This document shows positions 7,688-11,623 of a stretch of DNA of 11,623 nucleotides, piece by piece. The notes under the pieces are model-generated. The model did not search any database. It worked only from the letters and a program-made list of their open reading frames with translations, and was not told the origin of the DNA. This DNA is from Thermofilaceae archaeon (GTDB taxonomy: Archaea > Thermoproteota > Thermoprotei > Thermofilales > Thermofilaceae). The translations under genes and the position numbers were made by a program. The stretch's first letter is position 1, and the number at the start of each line of letters is the position of its first letter. The stretch is taken from the NCBI GenBank assembly GCA_038727095.1, contig JAVYWK010000045.1:1-11623 (forward strand). Direction: 5' to 3'.

Positions 7688-8332
7688 GTGAAGTATCGGG
7701 AGCTTAGGGAAAAGGTGATTGATGCCTTCAGGTTCATGGAAAGTGCGGGGTTGAACTGGGGCTATAGCGGCAACATCAGCGTTCGCTTGCCCGAAGAAGG
7801 GCTCTACTTAATGACTCCAAGCGGCCTGAGGAAAGCCCAGATGAGGCCGGAGGACCTGGTCGTAGTTGACGAGCAGGGAAACTTGGTTGAAGGAGGGCGC
7901 GCTCCAACGAGCGAGTATCTGATGCACTTGGCTGTGTACAGGGCTAGGAGCGACGTCAAAGCTGTAGTGCACGCGCACCCGGTATACGCATCGGTTCTAG
8001 CAGCGCTCCGGCGGAGACTGGAGCCCGTGCTGGACGAAATCACAGTCTACCTGGGTGGTGCGGTCGAGGTAGCCGACTACGGGCCGCCCGGCAGCGAGGA
8101 GCTGGCGAGGAACGTCGTACGAGCGTTGGGTGACCGGTGCGCTGTGATCCTGGCTAACCACGGGGTTTTAACCTGCGGGAAAGATTTGGACGAGGCTCTC
8201 GACGCGCTCGTCTACCTTGAGAGAGCAGCGAAAGTCTACGTGCTAACGCTGCTATTGGGCACCCCGCACCCGCTTCCGGCGGAAGTGCTGGAGTTCGAGA
8301 AACAGCTATACCTGCTGAGGCGCGGTCAGTAG
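7688..8332 (+). CDS. Class II aldolase/adducin family protein (L-fuculose-phosphate aldolase-like)
   Basis: GNISVR, TPSG, PTSEYLMHLAVY (catalytic Glu), VVHAHP and LANHGVL (three Zn-ligand His). GTG 7688 is preferred over TTG 7655, which lies inside the kinase. Confidence 0.93.
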   Translation: MKYRELREKVIDAFRFMESAGLNWGYSGNISVRLPEEGLYLMTPSGLRKAQMRPEDLVVVDEQGNLVEGGRAPTSEYLMHLAVYRARSDVKAVVHAHPVYASVLAALRRRLEPVLDEITVYLGGAVEVADYGPPGSEELARNVVRALGDRCAVILANHGVLTCGKDLDEALDALVYLERAAKVYVLTLLLGTPHPLPAEVLEFEKQLYLLRRGQ

Positions 8333-9042
8333 AGCGGGGGTAGGTGGGGTCCGAATACCCTCAGCAACGATACGTAGCCTGGAACGTACACCTTGCTCTT
8401 CCCCTTTCTCACGGCCTTTAGGATTTCCTTGCTAACCTCCTCCGCTGTAACAGTGCCCCACTTCGGGGCAGCTCCTCCAGCTCGCGCGTGGAACTCGGTG
8501 AGCACTGAGCCAGGGTAAACGGTCACTACCCTGATGCCTTTCAGCTTCAGCTCCCTCTCAATCGCTTTAGAGGCGTAGTGGAACGCTATCTTCGTTGCAC
8601 CGTAGATCGGTAGCCGCGTCATCAGGACGTGGATACCGGCAGTAATGACGTTTACGACGGTGGAGCCCTCGTGCATCAGCGGGAGCAGCTTCCTGGTGAG
8701 CACTATCGGGGAGACGAAGTTCACGAGCGTCATCGAGAGGAGCTCGTCTTCACTGTGCTCGAGCACACCTTTGTATAAGCCGAACCCGGCGTTGTTCACG
8801 AGGACATCGACCCTCCCCAGAAACGCGCGAGCCCCCTCAACAACTCGATCTAGCTCCTCAAGCTTGGAAAGATCGGCTCTCACGTAATCGAAGCGATCTC
8901 CCAGCTGCCGCTTCAGCTCCAGTAGCGCTCCCTCGCTTCTAGCGACGCCGAGCACTCTACCACCTGCGCGACAGATTTCAAGTGTGAGAGCCCTACCGAT
9001 CCCGGAGGACGCGCCCGTGACTACAGCCCTCAGGTCGGCCAT
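8326..9042 (-). CDS. Short-chain dehydrogenase/reductase (DltE-like, probably NADP-dependent)
   Basis: TGASSGIG, VARS (basic residue favouring NADP), NNAGFG, YGATK catalytic motif, YPGSVLTEF. Confidence 0.93.
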   Translation of the reverse strand: MADLRAVVTGASSGIGRALTLEICRAGGRVLGVARSEGALLELKRQLGDRFDYVRADLSKLEELDRVVEGARAFLGRVDVLVNNAGFGLYKGVLEHSEDELLSMTLVNFVSPIVLTRKLLPLMHEGSTVVNVITAGIHVLMTRLPIYGATKIAFHYASKAIERELKLKGIRVVTVYPGSVLTEFHARAGGAAPKWGTVTAEEVSKEILKAVRKGKSKVYVPGYVSLLRVFGPHLPPLY

Positions 9043-9077
9043 AAGGCTGAGGGGAAACTCACCAAAAATCCTTAACG

Positions 9078-9140
9078 CGCTCAGCTTTCCTAGCCCGCTT
9101 CATGCCGGAGAGGTCTACAGTTCCGGCGCTCATCACAGCA
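9078..9140 (-). ncRNA. Box C/D 2'-O-methylation guide sRNA
   Basis: On the minus strand: C box GUGAUGA (9136-9130), 12-nt guide GCGCCGGAACUG (9129-9118), degenerate D' UAGA (9117-9114), C'-like GCAUGA/AUGAAG (~9105-9098), guide CGGGCUAGGAAAG (9097-9085), D box CUGA (9084-9081). A 3-bp terminal stem (UGC/GCG) is in K-turn register, and C to D spans 56 nt. A TTTTAA box lies ~25 nt upstream and a T-run downstream. Confidence 0.8.
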
Positions 9141-9161
9141 GCAGTTCCGGCGGCCCCCGGG

Positions 9162-9167
9162 TTAAAA
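9162..9167 (-). promoter_or_regulatory. TATA box of the box C/D sRNA
   Basis: TTTTAA on the minus strand, ~25 nt before the C box. Confidence 0.55.
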
Positions 9168-9179
9168 GCGTTACCGCTC

Positions 9180-9191
9180 GAAACCCTTAAC
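9180..9191 (+). promoter_or_regulatory. BRE/TATA-like element for the downstream SDR
   Basis: GAAACCCTTAAC ends ~23 nt before GTG 9215. Confidence 0.5.
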
Positions 9192-9214
9192 ATGCGCCTA
9201 CCTCCGTGGCTACC

Positions 9215-10111
9215 GTGCGGTTGAAAGGTAAGGTTGTGATAGTAACGGGGGGAGCACGCGGGATTGGAGCCGCCATCTCCCACAGGCTGGGGAGGGAGGG
9301 CGCCAAGGTCGTCGTCTTCGACATCGATGGTAAGGCTGGAGAGTACAGGCTGAAAGCGCTGATGTCCGAGGGTGTTGATGCGATCTTCGTTGCGGGCGAC
9401 GTTGCAAGGGAGGAGGACGTCTCCCGCTGCGTGGGGGAGGCAGTTGATGCCTTCGGCAGAATTGATGTACTCGTGAACAACGCGGGTATCGGCTTCTCGG
9501 GCAAGCCGCTTTTCGAGCAAACGCTCGAGGAGTGGTGGAGAGTGCTCTCCGTCAACCTGACGGGCCCCTACCTATTCTCGAAGCACGCTGCCCGAATCAT
9601 GGCGGAGAGGGGAGGGGGAGTCATCATCAATATTGCGAGCACAAGGGCCCTCCAGTCGGAACCCAACACGGAGCCCTACTCTGCGTCGAAGGGAGGGCTT
9701 TTGGCACTAACTCACGCGCTAGCCGTCAGCCTGGCACCCTACCGCATCAGGGTGGTAGCGGTATCGCCTGGGTGGATCGATACGAGCGAGTGGCAGATCC
9801 CTCCAAGAGAGCCTCAGCTAACCAGGCTGGATCACGAGCAGCACCCGGCTGGCAGGGTTGGCAGGCCGGAGGATGTTGCAGCACTAGTGGCGTTCCTGGC
9901 TTCAGACGAGGCGGGCTTCATCACGGGTGTCAACTTCGTGATCGACGGGGGCATGACGGTGAGGATGATCTACTTAGATGACGCCGTAGTCGAGGACGCC
10001 TTGTTCAGGCTCACCGGAGACCGCGAGTTTGCCGCGCTCGTCAGGCGAGTAGCCCTTTCGGGACTAGCGGGGAGAGCGAAGGAGGCTCTCAAACCAGTCC
10101 TTGTGGATTGA
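9215..10111 (+). CDS. Classical SDR (glucose 1-dehydrogenase-like) with a 45-aa C-terminal extension
   Basis: TGGARGIG, VFDID (acidic residue favouring NAD), NNAG, IASTRALQSEPNTEPYSASKGG, SPGWID, QHPAGRVGRPED, DGGMTVRMIY. Alternative start GTG 9206. Confidence 0.93.
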   Translation: MRLKGKVVIVTGGARGIGAAISHRLGREGAKVVVFDIDGKAGEYRLKALMSEGVDAIFVAGDVAREEDVSRCVGEAVDAFGRIDVLVNNAGIGFSGKPLFEQTLEEWWRVLSVNLTGPYLFSKHAARIMAERGGGVIINIASTRALQSEPNTEPYSASKGGLLALTHALAVSLAPYRIRVVAVSPGWIDTSEWQIPPREPQLTRLDHEQHPAGRVGRPEDVAALVAFLASDEAGFITGVNFVIDGGMTVRMIYLDDAVVEDALFRLTGDREFAALVRRVALSGLAGRAKEALKPVLVD

Positions 10112-10132
10112 AACATTCGAACCGGCAGAGCT

Positions 10133-10211
10133 GGACGGGCTATCAGCGTCCGCACGTGGGGTTCCACCCCGCTGGATTGAATGATACCTCTTTCCCCGCG
10201 AGTATCCCAGC
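10133..10211. terminator. Cluster of three hairpins between convergent genes (possible 3'-end/terminator structure)
   Basis: GGACG/CGTCC (10133-10151), GGGGT/ACCCC (10158-10170), and GCTGG+GATAC/GTATC+CCAGC (10171-10211). Function is not established. Confidence 0.3.
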
Positions 10212-10212
10212 G

Positions 10213-11622
10213 CTACCTCTTCATCAGCGCTGCGGCTAGGGCCCTGAAGAATTCGATCATCTTCGCCGCCGCATCGTAGGGCTTCTCCGCCCTGTACAGG
10301 CTTAGAGCTTCATCGAGTATGCTCTTGAGCTCGTCGGCTTTGGCACGAGCCAACTTCCCCTCCCTCACATAGTCCTCCAGCAGCGAGACGGCCAGCCGGT
10401 GCCCGTACTCGACATTCACCAGAGCCACTAGCTCGTGGAAGTTGATGGGGATGATCTGAGGGCGCTCCTGGAGGATCCTCCTGAGGCCTTCGAACTCCTC
10501 GATGTCCCACGGCTGGGAGATGACAAGGATGATGGGGAGGTTCCGCGCAGCTGGCTGAATGCCTGTGAGCTCCACCGCTCCCGCGTAGAGGTCCACACCG
10601 CTGCCGGGGTCGTACCAGACCCTGAACTCTATGTTGCCAGTGGCTTTAGCGAGTGTGAAGTTGATCTCAAACCACTGGTAGCTGCCGACCCTCACGAACT
10701 CTGAGCCGGAGATCTCCCTTTGGGCTATGATCGTCCTCCCGATGTCCGTGCACACGTCTATGGTCGCTACACGAGCCTCCGTGCGAGCGGAGATCTTAAG
10801 GGCGAACCGCACGGTGTAGCTCCCAGCTGGCAGCTCCGTGTAGGGTCCGTAAACCAGAGCTCCTGCTAGGCTCGCCCCCGCTCCCGCAAGCCTAGCTCTC
10901 TTCGTGGGGGAATCGGGGTCGTCGACTTGCGCCCCAAAACCGGGCAGTTCGTCAGCCGGGTTAAAGCGCAGTGCAGTAGGCGGCTGAGCGTACATCCTAA
11001 TCGCTTCGTCGAGGTCGGAGGCGAACTTTCCCAGCTCAGTGCTCCTGAAGTGAAGCGCACCGAAGACTACGGGGATCGTTAAGTTGCCCTTTCTTACGTA
11101 GTAGACGGAGCTTCCGTGAGCCTTGAAGAGGCCGGGCAACTCGTTGTAATCCCTCTTCACCGCTAGAAGCCAGGGGGAGAGTTGAACAGCGTAAGCCGCC
11201 GCGACGTCATCGTCGTATCCCAGCACCTCAACGACCCGCAGACCGCTCTTTTCCAAGTGGTAGCTCGTGTGTGGGAGGTACTGGCCCAGGTAAGGCTTGT
11301 TAGAGGTGGGGTAGATGTAGCCTGCACCGGAAGGGCCGCAGACGAACGTATCGTGCTCGCTCATGGTTCTGGCGTAGTAGTACACCATGAAGGGTGCCAC
11401 GTCGAGGAGGAAGGGGCTAACCGTCCAGGCAATCGGAACGCCAAGCCTCCTCTGCCACAGGTTTACCATGTTGTAATCCCACTGAAGGTTGTCCCCGTCA
11501 GTCACGTAGAAAGTTACGTAAACCCCATCTCTCCCCAGCACTTCAGGTCTAACGGGAGGCAGGGGGAACTTCGGGTCCTCGGGCGGCTTCAGGTGCATCC
11601 AAACCGTCGGATTCGCAAAGTC
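10213..11622 (-). CDS. GxGYxYP-domain putative glycoside hydrolase with inserted CBM-like domain, partial (5' end lies beyond the right edge)
   Basis: VTFYVTDGDNLQW, PIAWTVSPFLLDVAP and DTFVCGPSGAGYIYP are the GxGYxYP C-terminal domain signature. The frame stays open to the window edge (DFANPTVWMHLKPP...), so ATG 11598 is internal. Confidence 0.88.
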   Translation of the reverse strand, partial: DFANPTVWMHLKPPEDPKFPLPPVRPEVLGRDGVYVTFYVTDGDNLQWDYNMVNLWQRRLGVPIAWTVSPFLLDVAPFMVYYYARTMSEHDTFVCGPSGAGYIYPTSNKPYLGQYLPHTSYHLEKSGLRVVEVLGYDDDVAAAYAVQLSPWLLAVKRDYNELPGLFKAHGSSVYYVRKGNLTIPVVFGALHFRSTELGKFASDLDEAIRMYAQPPTALRFNPADELPGFGAQVDDPDSPTKRARLAGAGASLAGALVYGPYTELPAGSYTVRFALKISARTEARVATIDVCTDIGRTIIAQREISGSEFVRVGSYQWFEINFTLAKATGNIEFRVWYDPGSGVDLYAGAVELTGIQPAARNLPIILVISQPWDIEEFEGLRRILQERPQIIPINFHELVALVNVEYGHRLAVSLLEDYVREGKLARAKADELKSILDEALSLYRAEKPYDAAAKMIEFFRALAAALMKR

Positions 11623-11623
11623 C

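Noticed and set aside
9059-9981. Alternative ORFs 9059..9520, 9187..9555 and 9532..9981
   Set aside because: These are typical antisense or off-frame shadows of a GC-rich SDR gene.
10114-10126. GGTTCGAAT on the minus strand, resembling a tRNA T-loop or att site
   Set aside because: No T-stem closure, acceptor stem or cloverleaf.
10142-10226. Second possible box C/D RNA (TGATGA at the end of the GxGYxYP gene to CTGA at ~10143)
   Set aside because: The span of ~85 nt is too long, there is no convincing C'/D' pair, and TGATGA is explained by the Leu-Met-Lys codons.
1-11623. CRISPR array, transposase, integrase, tRNA or rRNA
   Set aside because: No regularly spaced repeats, mobile-element motifs or stable-RNA signatures were seen.

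Overview
Gene-dense archaeal window, most consistent with a Thermofilum/Thermoproteales-like crenarchaeon. This is an inference from AGG-rich codons, BRE/TATA-like boxes about 25 nt before apparently leaderless starts, an AbrB-PhoU regulator and a box C/D RNA. From left to right it holds: a partial secreted or membrane-anchored orphan gene; a ~550 bp gene-free region with a possible RNA fold; a flavin reductase-family gene; an orphan gene; a small protein with two tandem C2H2 zinc fingers and an acidic tail; an AbrB-PhoU regulator; an uncharacterised protein coupled to a Gfo/Idh/MocA oxidoreductase; a divergent four-gene operon; two divergent SDRs; and the 3' part of a GxGYxYP putative glycoside hydrolase with an inserted CBM-like domain. 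The operon encodes an SCP2 lipid-binding protein, a YoaD-like D-2-hydroxyacid dehydrogenase lacking the usual substrate-binding Arg, a YoaC/LsrK-like FGGY kinase and a FucA-like class II aldolase. Between the two SDRs is a box C/D guide sRNA that the ORF track does not show, probably targeting 23S rRNA. The best candidate for an undescribed system is the SCP2/YoaD/YoaC/aldolase/Gfo catabolic module. All family assignments come from motif recognition by eye, and no database searches were run.
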